Origin: Squalus acanthias
Taxonomy: Eukaryota
Direction: 5' to 3'
Length of the DNA stretch: 64,000 nt
Assembly: GCA_030390025.1 (NCBI GenBank)
Contig: CM059432.1
Location: 13,268,001-13,332,000 of the forward strand
Shown here: positions 36,416 through 49,357 of the stretch, piece by piece
Layout of the letters: the number at the start of each line of letters is the position of its first letter
How positions within the stretch are numbered: the stretch's first letter is position 1
Position numbers and translations under genes: made by a program
The notes under the pieces: generated by a model
The model's database searches: none
The model's input: only the letters and a program-made list of their open reading frames with translations
Told to the model about the DNA's origin: nothing

Positions 36416-38895
36416 AATGTGGTTGACTCTTAACTTCCCTAGCAAGCCACTCAGTTGTAACAAACCGCTACGAAAAACAGTATTAAGAATGAAACTGGAC
36501 GGACCACCCGGCATCGACCTCGGCACCGGCTACAGACACGGCAACAGCACACCCAGCCCAGTCAACCCTGCAAAGTCCTCCTCACCAACATCTGGGGAAT
36601 TGTGCCAAAATTGGGAGAGCTGTCCCATAGACTAGTCAAGCAACAGCCTGACAAAGTCATACTCACAGAATCATACCTTTCAGCCAATGTCTCAAACTCC
36701 ATCACCATCCCTGGGTATGTCCTGTCCCACCAGCAGGACAGACCCACCAGGGGTGGCGACACAGTGGTATACAGTCGGGAAGGAGTGGCCCTGGGAGTCC
36801 TCAATATTGACTCCGGACCCCATGAAGTCTCATGGCTTCAGGTCAAGCATGGGCATGGAAATCTTCTGCTGATTACCACCTACTGCCCTCCCTCAGCTGA
36901 TGAATCAGTACTCCTCTTGAACACCACTTGGAAGAAGCACTGAGAGTAGCAAGGACACAGAATGTACTCTGGGTGGGGGACTTCAATGTCCATCACCAAG
37001 AGTGGCTCAGTAGCACCACTACTGACCGAGCTGGCCGAGTCCTGAAGGACATAACTGCCAGTCTGGGCCTGCGACAGGTGAAAAGAGAACCAACACGAGG
37101 GAAAAACCTACTTGACCTCGTCCTTACCAATCTACCTGTCGCAGATGCATCTGTCCATGAGAGTATTGGTAGCAGTGACCACCGCACAGTCATTGTGGAG
37201 ACGAAGTCCCGTCTTCACACTGAGGACACCCTCCATCGTGTTGTGTGGCACTACCACCGTGCTAAATGGGATAGATTCTGAACAGATCTAGCAGCTCAAA
37301 ACTGGACATCCATGAGGCGCTGTGGGCCATCAGCAGCAGCAGAATTGTATTCCACCACAATCTGTAAACTCATGGCCCGGCATATCCTTCACTCTACCAT
37401 TACCATCAAGCCAGGGGACCAACCCTGGTTCAATAAGGAGTGTAGAAGAGCATGCCAGGAGCAGCACCAGGCGTACCTAAAAATGAGGTGCCAACCTGGG
37501 GAAGCTGCAACACAGGACTACATGCATGCTAAAAAGCAGAAGCAGCATGCTATAGACAGGGCTAAGCAATCCCACAATCAACGGATCAGATCAAAGCTCT
37601 GCAATCCTGCCACATCCAGTCGTGAATGGTGGTGGACCATTAAACAACTAACGGGAGGAGGAGGCTCCAGGAATATCCCCATCCTCAATGATGGTGGAGC
37701 CCAGCACGTGAGTGCAAAAGACAAGGCGAAGCGTTTGCAACCGTCTTCAGCCAGAAGTGCCGAGTGAATGATCCATATCGGCCTACTCCTGAGGTCCCCA
37801 CCATCACAGAAGCCAGTCTTCAGCCAATTCGATTCACTCCACGTGATATCAAGAAACGGCTGAGCGCACTGGATACAGCAAAGGCTATGGGCCCTGACAA
37901 CATCCCGGCTATCGTGCTGAAGACTTCTGCTCCAGAACTAGCCGCGCCTCTAGCCAAGCTGTTCCAGTACAGCTACAACACTGGCATCTATCCAACAATG
38001 TGGAAAACTGCCCAGGTATGTCCTGTCCACAAAAAGCAGGATAAATGCAACCCGGCCAATTACCGCCCCATCAGTCTACTCTCAATCATCAGCAAAGTGA
38101 TGGAAGGTGTCATCAACAGTGTTATCCAGCGGCACTTACTCACCAATAACCTGCTCACTGATGCCCAGTAAGGGTTCCGCCAAGACCACTCGGCTCCCGA
38201 CCTCATTACAGCCTTGGTCCAAACATGGACAAAGGAGCTGAATTCCAGAGGTGAGGTGCGAGTGACTGCCCTTGAAATCAAGGCAGCATTTGACCGAGTG
38301 TGGCATGAAGGAGCCGTAGTAAAACTGAAGTCAATGGGAATTGGAGGGAAAACTCTCCACTGGCTGGAGTCATACCTAGCACAAAGAAAGATAGTTGTGG
38401 TGGTTGAAGGTCAATCATCACAGCCCCAGGACATTGCTGCAGGAGTTCCGCAGGGCTGTGTCCTCGGCCCAACCAGCCCGTTTGATTGGCACCCCATCCA
38501 CTCCCTCCACCACCGGCGCACCGTGGCTGCAGTGTGTACCATCTACAAGATGCACAGCAGCAACTCGCAAAGGCTTCGTCGACAGCATCTCCCAAACCCG
38601 CGACCTCTACCACCTAGAAGGACAAGGTCAGCAGGCGCATGGGAACACCACCACCTCCAAGTTCCCCTCCAAGTCACACACCATCCTGACTAGGAAATAT
38701 AATCGCCGTTCCTTCATCGTCGCTGGGTCAAAATCCTGGAACTCCCTCCCTAACAGCACTGTGGGAGTACCTTCACCACACGGACTGCAGCGGTTCAAGA
38801 AGGCGGCTCACCACCACCTTCTCAAGGGCAACTAGGGATGGGCAATAAATGCTGGCCTTGCCAGCGACGCCCACATCCCAGGAACAAAAACAAAA
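36416..38895 (+). mobile_element. Family B LINE, longest copy (endonuclease + RT, internal deletion near 38475)
   Basis: ILTESYL, VGDFNVHH, SDH, KAMGPD, NYRPISLL, KAAFD, PQG motifs; tail intact. Confidence 0.9.
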
Positions 38896-39263
38896 AGATC
38901 ATTGTGAAATAAGGCACTGGCGGGCATACGATTTGTTGAATAAAATGGATTGTACATTTGCCAACTGTAAACCAGGAATGTACTGTAAGAATGCATTAAG
39001 AGATAGCTAGGGGTTCAGAAACAATTCACATTCTCATAAAACAACAGCATGAAAATTACTTTACCAAATAGGACAATAATTTAAATCGTGTACCCTTTAA
39101 AATGTCAAGCATTTGCCGCCCCACATTTTTCGTCAATTATCATTAACTTTCGCTTCTATTTCTTACTTGCTGGTTTGTTCTGTTTGAATTTTGTTAGCCT
39201 GGAGGTTTGGAAAGTACTATTCTTATCACTGTTGCTTCATAAATCCTAAATCGGAACATCAAC

Positions 39264-40071
39264 GGGGTAGAGTTTCCGCTCGGTCGCGCTGGTTTTTTTC
39301 CCTGACGTAATTCGCCCAAAATCAGCGTAACCCGCGCAAACGATCGCGGAATTTTGAGCGGAAATTGCGTCCAGCGCAAATCGAGTTTCCGCGATCTTTT
39401 GCGCTGGTTTAAAAAAGATCGTGCTGGAAGCCGGCCCCGCCCACAAAACTGGCCATGCCCCCCAGGATGAATTAATTGGGAGTTTCTGCTAATTGCGTTT
39501 GCAGACTGTCGAGGAGGCTCTGAAAATTAAGCTGGTTCTTTTGGGCGCAAGGACACGAGTAGGCAGGTTTTAAAAGCTTTTGAATATATACTTTTTTTAA
39601 TTTTCTAAGAAATTGATTACTGTACCCCAGTAGAACTAGCAAATGGTGCTGTATATTTTTTTTTAAAGGAGCTTTGGGACATCCGGTGGTCGTGAAAGGC
39701 GCTATATAAATGCAAATGCAAGTCTTTCTTTCATTTTCAGAAATTTTAAATCGGGTTACTCACGAGTGGTGGACTGACACTCTGATTTAAAATGTTTATT
39801 TTTTGTGATTAAACCCATTTTCAGCTGTATTAATTAAACTGCACCAAGTTACCACTCTTAAATATATCAAGGCAATATTATTTGAAGCAAAATTCTTTTT
39901 GGAAAAATTACATTTTAAAACGCTGCCCAATTGCGCTGGTTCATGGCAGATTTTGTGTTCAGCAACATGCAAATAAGTTTGGGCGGAGACTCGAGAAAAA
40001 AAATTACTTCTCAAAACGGGCACAATTTGCGCCCAGATCGTGGCTTGCACCCAAAGCAGAAACTCTACCCC
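39264..40071. mobile_element. PIF/Harbinger-type MITE with a SINE tail fragment inside (about 39668-39731)
   Basis: Perfect 13-bp TIR GGGGTAGAGTTTC / GAAACTCTACCCC; flanks AAC / AAT. Confidence 0.85.
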
Positions 40072-40106
40072 AATATATCTTATCAAGAGCTTGAGATATA
40101 TGCAAA

Positions 40107-40560
40107 TTACATTTATTTACATTTATATATCACTTTTCATGACCTCAGGACATCCTACAGTGCTTTACAGCCAATGAATTACTTTTGAAACGTAGTCACT
40201 GTTGTAATGTAGGGAAACGCGGCAGCTAATTTGTGCACAGCAAGCTCCCACAACAGAACAGATGACTAGCTCAACTCTTTTTTAGTGAAGTTGGTTGAGG
40301 GATAAATATTGGCAAGGAAACTGAGAGAACTCCCCTGCTCTTCTTCAAATAGTGTCATGGGATCTTATGCATCCACCTGAGAGGGCAGATGGGACCTCGG
40401 TTTAACGTCTCATCTGAAAGACGGCACCTCCGACGGTGCAGCACTCCCTCAGCACTGCACTGTATGCCAATGTAGATTATGTGCTCAAGTCTCTAGAGTG
40501 GGGCTTGAAACCACAACCTTCTGACTCAAGAGGCGAGAGTGTTACCACTGAGCCTAGTCT
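40107..40560 (-). mobile_element. Deu-domain SINE
   Basis: Reverse homolog of 28552-28995. Confidence 0.8.
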
Positions 40561-40714
40561 CACTGGGGACATTCATTTAAACTATTCATTGTGCGCCATA
40601 AAGCTGCACTTAAATGGACCATGAAGACAAAAAGCTTGGACACTCTGGTGGATATACAGATTGGCATTCAGACTAAGGATTTAAAAAAACATATATCTGA
40701 AGCATGTTTTATTA

Positions 40715-43700
40715 TTGACATGAAGCCTTGTACTTGTCTCTCTGACGGAACAAGGTGTTGGTTATGACAAGGCCATGTTCTAAGCATTTCGACAGGAGGA
40801 GGGGACCGTTGGAGTTGGCTTACTCTACCCCCTCTCTGCCGATCACACCTCCCCAGAGGTCAGTGTCCTTTCCAACTCTAGCATTAAAGTCTCCAAGGAG
40901 GATCAGCTTGTCGCCCGTTGGGACTCGGGACAGGGATTGTTCGAGGCTGGAGTAGAATTCCTCTTTGGTCTCGTCTGTGGCTTCCAGTGTTGGGGCGTAC
41001 GCACTGATGACCGTAGCGCACTGGTTCCGGGCTAGGGTGAGCCGAAGAGTCATGAGGCGCTCGTTTATTCCACAAGGGGAGTCTCTGAGACGCCCAACTG
41101 GTTCATTTTTTATGGCGAAGCCTACCCCATGGAGGCGGCGTTCTTCTTCAGGTTTGCCTTTCCAGAAGAAGGTGTAGCCACCGCCTTGCTCCTTGAGCTG
41201 GCCTTCCCCTGCCCGCCGGGTCTCACTTAGGGCAGCAATGTCAATGTCGAAACGTCTGAGCTCCCGGGCAACGATAGCAGTACGGCATTCCAGTCTGTCG
41301 CTGTTGGGGTTGTCCATGAGGGTCCTGACATTCCAGGTCCCGAACTTCATTTTAAAGGGTGGAAGATGCCTGTGCGTGAATTCTTTTAATGTGGGGTGGC
41401 CGTTGCACACCAGCTACCACACGGGCTTGACAGAGCAAGGTCTTGGTCCAATGGCAAGGGGATCCAAGACAATTGGAGACCAGGCTCTGCTACAACGGCC
41501 TAGCACACACACACAAACATAATGCTACTGTCCTCCTCCCTCCTTCCCACAGGTCCTCTCTGCCTGGGTTTCGTAGGATGCATTGTGGTCCTCCCGACCT
41601 CGCTGTTGGCCCGTGCCGCACCTTCCCTGGGCCCCGACCCCGCTGCTGGTCCACGCTGCGCCACTCCTGGTCCTCGACCTCGCTGCTGGGCTCGTCCTCG
41701 CTCCTGGGTCCCGGCCTCGGACATGAATGATGTTGTCTCTCCAAGCACTGGCACCTGCTGGACTACGTCATCGTCCGAGCGAGGGACCGCAAGGACGTCC
41801 GCATCACCCGCGCCATGACAGGAGCTGACGACTGCTGGACAGACCACCGCCTAATCCGCTCTGTCATCTCCATCAATGTAGCCCCAAAACAGCGGCGGCA
41901 ACAGAAACAATGCCGCAGGAAAATTAACGCTGGAGCACTCAAAGACCCTGCTAAGAAGGGCCCTATTCAGCCTGTGCCTCACAAACAACCTGACGACTCC
42001 CAGTGATGCAGAGACACAGAGTGCCCACAGCGCCTGGTCTGCACTCAAGGCCTCCATAATCAGCACCTGTGAAGAGACGCTCGGTCACTCGACCAGGAAA
42101 CATCAAGACTGGTTCGACGAGAACGACCAGGAGATCCAGGCGCTAATAAGCCGCAAGCGCAAGGCATTCCTGATCGGGAAACAGCAGCAGAACTCGAGAG
42201 CAATAAAGCAGCTCTACAGACGCCTGAAGGCCGAGGTCCAAAAAAAAACTCGCAACCTAAAGAACAGATGGTGGGTGGAGAAAGCGCTGGAGATCCAGCA
42301 GCTAGCCGACAACCACGACGTGCGTGGATTCTTTAGCGCAGTCAAGACCATCTACGGCCCAAGCACCTAAGGCCCTACCCCACTGCAGGCCAAGAACGGA
42401 GAGGTACTCATCAAGGACAGAGAGGCAGTCAGTGCCCGCTGGAAGGAGCACGTCGAAGATCTCCTTAACCGAGACTCTGTCTTCGACACAAGTGTCCTCA
42501 ACTCCATCCTGCAGTATGCTACCCGCCACCATCTCAGCACAACCCCAGCCCGGCATGAGGTTGAAAAGGCCATCCGACAACTGAAGAACAACAAGGCCTC
42601 AGGAGCAGATGGAATCCCCGCTGAGGCACTAAAGCATGGCAGAGAAGCACTACTGGCGCGAATTCATGAACTCATTTCTCTTATATGGAAGGAGGAGAGC
42701 ATGCCAGGGGATCTCAGAGATGCCGTAATTGTGACCATCTTCAAGAAAGGTGACAAGTCCGATTGCGGTAATTACAGAGGAGTTTCCCTGCTGTCTGCCA
42801 CAGGGAAAGTCATCACAAGAATCCTCCTCAATCGCCTTCTCCCAGTGGCCGAAGAGCTCCTCCCAGAGTCGCAATGCGGATTCTGCCCACAAAGGGGCAC
42901 GATGGACATGATCTTCACCGCACGTCAATTGCAAGAGAAATGCAGGGAACAGCACCAACCGCTGTACATGGCCTTCTTTGATCTCACAAAGGCCTTCGAC
43001 ACTGTCAACCGTGAGGGATTATGGAGTGTCCTCCGCAAATTCGGCTGCCCTCAAAAGTTTGTCACCATCCTCCGCCAGCTTCACGACGACATGCAAGCCA
43101 ACGGTTCCACCACAGACCCAATTCACGTATGAACCGGGGTCAAGCAAGGCTGTGTCATCGCACCAACGCTCTTCTCGATCTTCCTTGCTGCAATGCTCCA
43201 TCTCACCCTCAGTAAGCTCCCTGCTGGAGTGAAGCTAATTTACAGAACAAACGGGAAACTGTTCAACCTCCGTCGCCTCCAGTCCAGATCCAAGGTCGTC
43301 CCATCCACTGTCGTCGAATTACAGTATGCAGACGACGCTTGCGTCTGCGCTCACTTGGAGGTCGAACTCCAAACCATCGTCAACACCTTCACCGAAGCGT
43401 ACGAGAGCATGGGCCTTACACTAAACATCCGTAAGACAAAGGTCCTCTACCAACCTGCCCCTGCCACACAGTACTGCCCCCCGATTATCAAAATCCGCGA
43501 TAAGGCCTTGGACAACGTGGACCACTTTCCATACCTCGGGAGCCTACTGTCAACAAGGGCAGACGTCGACGACGAAGTCCAACACCGCCTTCAGTGTGCC
43601 AGTGCAGCCTTCGGTCGCCTGAGGAAGAGAGTGTTTGAAGACCAGGACCTCAAACCCGGCACTAAGCTCATGGTCTACAGAGCAGCAGTGATACCCGCCC

Positions 43701-44135
43701 TGCTGTATGCCTCAGAGACATGGACCATGTACAGCAGGCACCTCAAAGCACTGGAGAGGTACCACCAACACTGCCTCTGCAAGATCCTGCAAATCCATTG
43801 GCAGGATAGGCGCACCAACGTCAGTGTTCTTGCTCAGGCCAACATCCCCAGCATCGAAGCTTTGACCACGCTCGATCAGCTCCGATGGACAGGTCACATT
43901 GTCCGCATGCCCGATACGAGATCCCAAAACAAGCGCTCTCCTCGGAGCTCCGGCACGGCAAGAGAGCCCCAGGTGGGCAGAGGAAACACTTCAAGGACAC
44001 CCTCAAAGCCTCCTTGAAAAAGTGTAACATCCCCACCGACACCTGGGAATCCCTGGCCCAAGACCGCACAAAGTGGAGGAGAAGCATCCGGGAAGGCGCC
44101 GAATACCTCGAGTCTCTTCGCCGGGAGCAAGCGGA
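40715..44135 (+). mobile_element. RTE/BovB-like LINE with inverted 5' segment; 3' tip missing
   Basis: Minus 40715-41500: MKFGTWNVRTL...SETR...LGDFNARVG...TNTLF; plus 41740-44135: SKHWHLLDY...YADD...KASLKK. Confidence 0.92.
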
Positions 44136-44614
44136 GAGGAGTCATGTGCCACCTTCACTGTGACACCTTCACTGTGATGACATCACATTCGACTGCAGGG
44201 ATAGTTTACTTTGGTGCAATTTACAAAGAAATGAGAAAGATGATTGCCAAGCACTACAACATGAAAACATTCATCAAAAGGGAAAAATCAAAACATTGCA
44301 AAATTGGATAAAGGAAAACAATAATCTACGTCAGTGACCAAAGGGCAGCTTTTCAATGTTTTGAGCAGCCGCTATCCAACAGACAACCCTGATGTGAGAT
44401 GGAGAACAACATAAAACCACAATAAAAGAGGCAGCCTTCCTTCCATTCTGACTCAGATAACCAACAGATTTGAATAACTTGCAAAGTCGACTAATTTTAG
44501 CCCGAATGTGTCACCGTGCCCAGTAAGGGAGTGCTGATGCGCACACTTGGCTCTCAAGCTTGGATTATGACAAAGAAACACTCCAGAGGCTTGAGCACAT
44601 AATCTGGGCTGACA

Positions 44615-45512
44615 CTTTCCGACCACCGATGTTAAGCTAACTGGGCTGTAGTTCCTTGGACTTGTCCTATCTCCCTTTTTAAATACAGGAATCACATTAG
44701 CTGTCCGCCTGTCCTCTGGCACTATTCCCTTTTCTAATGAATTTTGATATATTTGTAATAGTGCCGCTGCTATCTCTTCCCTAATTTATTTTAATATGCG
44801 TGGATGCAATCCATCTGGATCAGGGGCTATTATCCTCTCTAAGTTTGATTAGTTTATCAATTATCTTTCTATCTTAAATGTCTTTGTATCATTTTTGTTC
44901 TCTTCTTCTAATGTCATGCCCACCATGTTAGTCTCCCTGGTAAATACTGAGGCAAAGTCATTATTCACTATTTCTGCCATTTCGCTGTCATTACCTGGGA
45001 GTTTATCTTGGGCATTCCTGAATGGCCCGATCCCTATCCTGATTTTTCTTGTTATTTATGTGTCTGCAGAATACTTTAGTATTTTCTTCTTTTATTCCTT
45101 GATAATTTAATTTCGTCGTTCCTCTTTGCTTTCCTAATTGTTTTTTTCCCACTTTTTTCCTCACCTCTTATTCCCTTTTGTCATCCTCTCCTTTATTGTC
45201 TGTGTACTTGGAGTATGTTGTTTTCTTCAGTTTCAATTTTACCCTTGTGTCTTTGTTCATCCACGGTCTTTCATCATGGGCAAGTTTGATCTTGTATCTT
45301 TAGAGGAATATATTTCTCCTGAACTCAGTTGATCATCTTTTTAAATATTTCCCATTGCTGTTCTATCTCTTTGTCTGTCAAGACTTTTTCCCAGTTTAAC
45401 TTCCCTAGTTCCATTCTCATCCCCTCAAGATTAGTTTTTTTATTTCCCCCAATCTACTACTTTGGTTTTTGTCTTAATTTTGTCTTCCACAAACATTATC
45501 TTAAATTATGGT
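44615..45512 (-). mobile_element. Older CR1 ORF2 fragment
   Basis: PEDRRTANVIPVFKKGDR...PVSLTSVVGK. Confidence 0.75.
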
Positions 45513-45790
45513 AGACATAAATGATACCACGGCACTATTTGAAAATGAGCAGGGGAGTTCTTCTAGTGTCCTGGCCATCATTTATCCTTCAAGCAACATC
45601 ACTAAAAAACAAATGATCTGGTCTTTTGTCTCATTCTTGTATCATTGCTGTTTCTGGGACCTTGCTGTGCCACTTTTCCCGACATCACAAGAGTGATTGC
45701 ACTTCAGCAATATTTCAGTTGTTGTGAAGCGCTTTGGGACGTCCTGTGGTCGTGAAGGGGAGTATATAAATGAAAGTTCTTGGTTTCTTT
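45510..45790 (+). mobile_element. Deu-domain SINE, 5'-truncated
   Basis: ggcactatttgaaaatgagcaggggagttc ... tatataaatgaaagtt. Confidence 0.7.
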
Positions 45791-46038
45791 CTTAATTACA
45801 AATTATATTTGCATTTTGTGTTTTTAAATGTAACGAGGGGACTCCCCATCCATCACTGTAACTGTTATTTTGTATCCTGTTTGATACTAAAATAGTAATG
45901 TAAACATCTCCCTCTTTTGGTGATCTGAGTCAGAAGGCGACGAAATCTCAGCTACCGAATTTGTATTCTAATTATTTTTCCTCAACAGTTTGCTCTCCTC
46001 TTCTGAAGACATTGACATCGTGCAGGTGTAGTCTCACG

Positions 46039-46542
46039 ATCTTGCTCAGACCAACATCGCCAGCATCGAAGCTTTGACCACGCTCGATCAGCTCCAATGG
46101 ATGGGTCACATTATCCGCATGCCCGATACGAGACTCCCAAAACAAGCGCTCTACTCGGAGCTCCGGCACGGCAAGAGAGCCCCAGGTGGGCAGAGGAAAC
46201 GCTTCAAGGACACCCTCAAAGCCTCCTTGGAAAAGTGTAACATCCCCACCGACACATGGGAATCCCTGGCCCAAGACCGCACAAAGTGGAGGAGAAGCAT
46301 CCGGGAAGGCGCCGAACACCTCGAGTCTCTTCGCCGGGAGCAAGCGGAAGCCAAGCGCAGGCAGCGCAAGGAACGCACGTCAACCCAAGCACCCCACCCA
46401 CCCGTCCCTTCAACCACTGTCTGCCCCACCTGTGACAGAGACTGTAGGTCCCGCATTGGACTCACCAATCACCTGAGAACTCATTTTTAATGTGGAAGCA
46501 AGTCATCCTCGGTTCCGAGGGACTGCCTAAGAAGAAGAAGAA
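46039..46542 (+). mobile_element. RTE/BovB-like LINE, 5'-truncated
   Basis: C2H2 end CPTCDRDCRSRIGLTNHLRTH; (GAA)n tail; TSD GTAGTCTCACG at 46028-46038 and 46543-46553. Confidence 0.93.
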
Positions 46543-47580
46543 GTAGTCTCACGGGTGCAGACTCCCTTCTGGTATCTTGCCCACGTGGCAAATGAAATTT
46601 TTACCGACAAATGCAAAATATGATGTATTTGATGGACTGAGCTACATCAGTATACAATGAAAAAACAGAATGAGTATATGGTGACTTAGAAAGAGACCTG
46701 GGAGTATCATTGTTGAGACAATGTGGAAAGGCAATTAAATAGCTAAACAGAATATTGGGATACATATCCAGAACAGTGAAGTATAAAGTGGTTATACCAA
46801 GTTGTTATAATGCACTGGCCAAAACACATCGTTGGACCAAAATTGCTGAAGGGTGAGAGGACACAAAGCGGGCGGGGGCAGGAATTCGGGTTAGTACCCA
46901 GATCTCCCAGGTTTCTGCCCCAGGAAGAGTCTCCCAAATGTGGCTGGGGTCTGCTACTTGCCCCAGACCAACACAGCCAGCTTTGGGGGACTGCCTTGGG
47001 GCGTCCCTGGACTACACACAAACTCCAGTCAGTAAACCCTCATGTTTTGGCATTTTTTTTTTGACCATTTTTTTTCAACCGAAAGAATTGAGGGGAAAAA
47101 AAGCTACTCTTAAATGCTGTGCATTTTAAAGCCTAGTGTATCCGCATAATTGTTTTTAAAAGGCCGAGACTAACAGCTATTTAAGATGCTAACAAGCCAG
47201 CTTTGATGTTACTTCCCGCAGACTGTAAATAAGAAGCAATATATTAGATTGTCTCAGTGATGAATAAATACGTCACACCCATTGTGTTGAGCAGTTATTT
47301 TCTAAATGGTCAGAAGCTAGGAACTATGGAGGAGCCGAGAGATTTAGGGCTCCAAGTACAGAAATCACTAAAAGCTTGTGGCCAGGTACAAACCATTTAT
47401 AAGGCTACTGGAATGTTGGCCTTTATCTCAAGGGATCTGGAATACAAAGGGGTGGAAGTTAGGTGACAGTGTACAGAGCTCTGGTGAGACCCCATCTGGA
47501 GAACTGCATTCAGTTCTGGGCATCGCACCCCAGAAAGGAGATATTAGCCTTGGAGCGGGTGTAGCGCAGATTCACCAGAA

Positions 47581-49357
47581 TATTCCCCAAGGTTTGGTAC
47601 TAGGACCACTGCTGTTTCTAATGTACATTAATGACTTGGACTTGGGGGTACGGGGCACAATTTTGGAATTTGCAGCTGACACGAAACTTGGAAGTGTAGT
47701 AAACAGCGAGGAGAATAGTGATAGACTTCAAGAGGATATAGACAGGCTGGTGGAATGGGCGGACACATGGCAGATGAAATTAAACATAGAAAAGTGAGAG
47801 GTGATACATTTTGGTAGGAAGAATGAGGAGAGGCAATACAAGCTAAATGGTATAATTCTAAAGGGGGTGCAAGAACAGAGACCTGGGGTGTTTTGTGCAC
47901 AAATCTTTGAAGGTGGCAGGACAGGTTAACAAAGCGGTTAATGAAGCATCTGGGATCCTGGGCTTTATAAATAGAGGCATAGGGCTGGATTTTCAATGAC
48001 CCGTGGAGTCGGGTTTGGAGGCGTGTGGGGGATTAAAGTTGCAGATTCGGGGGTCCCGACCCCATCCCGACTCCATTCTGCCTCCACGCAATTTTGACAA
48101 AATCGATCGCGGGGTTCCCGACTCCGTCCCGCCTCCAAGAGGCGGGAGAGGCCATTAAAGCCCTTAACAAGCCCTAAATTGGCTCTGTAATGCCATTTTG
48201 AAACATTTTAGCTAGTTTAACACTTTTCCGACATGAAGTACGCCTGATGTGAAACACGCCAGTGAAACCTGGCGGGAGCACAAGTGGATAGCTGACTATC
48301 AGCTGCAGGTCCACTATTACAACGGAGATGTGATGAAGGTAGTAGTAGTATTGTGATGAAGGTAGTAGTAGTATTAGGTCTGAAAGTCACCTCTGATGCT
48401 GCTGCATTGAATGTCTTCAGAGACTGCCTGGGAGGACTTGGTTGGAAAAAAAATTCTCTCTCTCTCTCTCTCTCTCTCAGGTGCTGCTCATTTTGCATCC
48501 AGGTCCTCTCACAGCAAAGGCCAGGCAATCTCTGAGACCAGGCATTCTCTGACCTACAATGATGACATCATCAGAGGCAACTTTCAGACTGAAACCACTA
48601 ATTGGTTCATGGGTTCCCACATGCTGGAACTCAATTGCCCAATGAAGTGAAAATTGCATCAATCTCCCACATCCAATTGCAGGCGGGTAGATAACACGAA
48701 ATGCGGATGACACGACCCCAACCCGCCCCAGTATCAAAATCCAGCCCATAGAGTACAAAAGCCAGGAAGTTATGATGAACCTTTATAAAACACTCGTTCG
48801 GCCCCAGCTGGAGTATTGTGTCCAATTGTGGGCACCACACTTTAGGAAGGACATGAAGGCTTTGGAGAGGGTACAGAAGAGATTTACTAGAATGGTTCCA
48901 GGGATTACAGTTACATGGATAGAGAAGCTGGGGTTGGTCTCCTTCGAGCAGAGAAGGCTAAGAGGAGATTTAATAGAGGTGTTTAAAATCATGAAGGATT
49001 TAGATAGAGTAAATAAAGAGAAACTGTTTCCAATGGCTGAAGGGTCAATAACTAGAGGGCACAGATTTAAGGTGATTGGCAAAAGAACCAGAGGCGACAT
49101 GAGGAAAAACTTTTTTTACGCAACGAGTGGTTAGGATTTGGAATGCACTGCCTGATAGGGTGGTGGAAACAGATTCAATAGTAGCCTTCAAAAGGGAATT
49201 GAATAAACACTTGAAGAAGAAAAAAATTGCAGGGATATGGGGAAAGAGCAGGGGAGTGGGACTAATCGGATTGCTCTTCGAAAGAACCGGCGCAGATTCG
49301 ATGGGCCGAATGGCCTCCATCTGTGCTGTACTATTCTCTGATTCTATTCTACGATTT
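47581..49357 (+). mobile_element. CR1 3' part split by a MITE
   Basis: agaggcATA|MITE|ATAgagtacaaaagc restores RGIEYKS. Confidence 0.88.
47982..48747. mobile_element. PIF/Harbinger-type MITE family A, copy 2
   Basis: Perfect 12-bp TIR; TSD ATA, shown by the reconstructed host reading frame. Confidence 0.94.

Noticed and set aside
41350..41500. HDV-like ribozyme in the RTE 5' UTR
   Set aside because: Known in some RTE elements, but I could not build the nested double pseudoknot by eye
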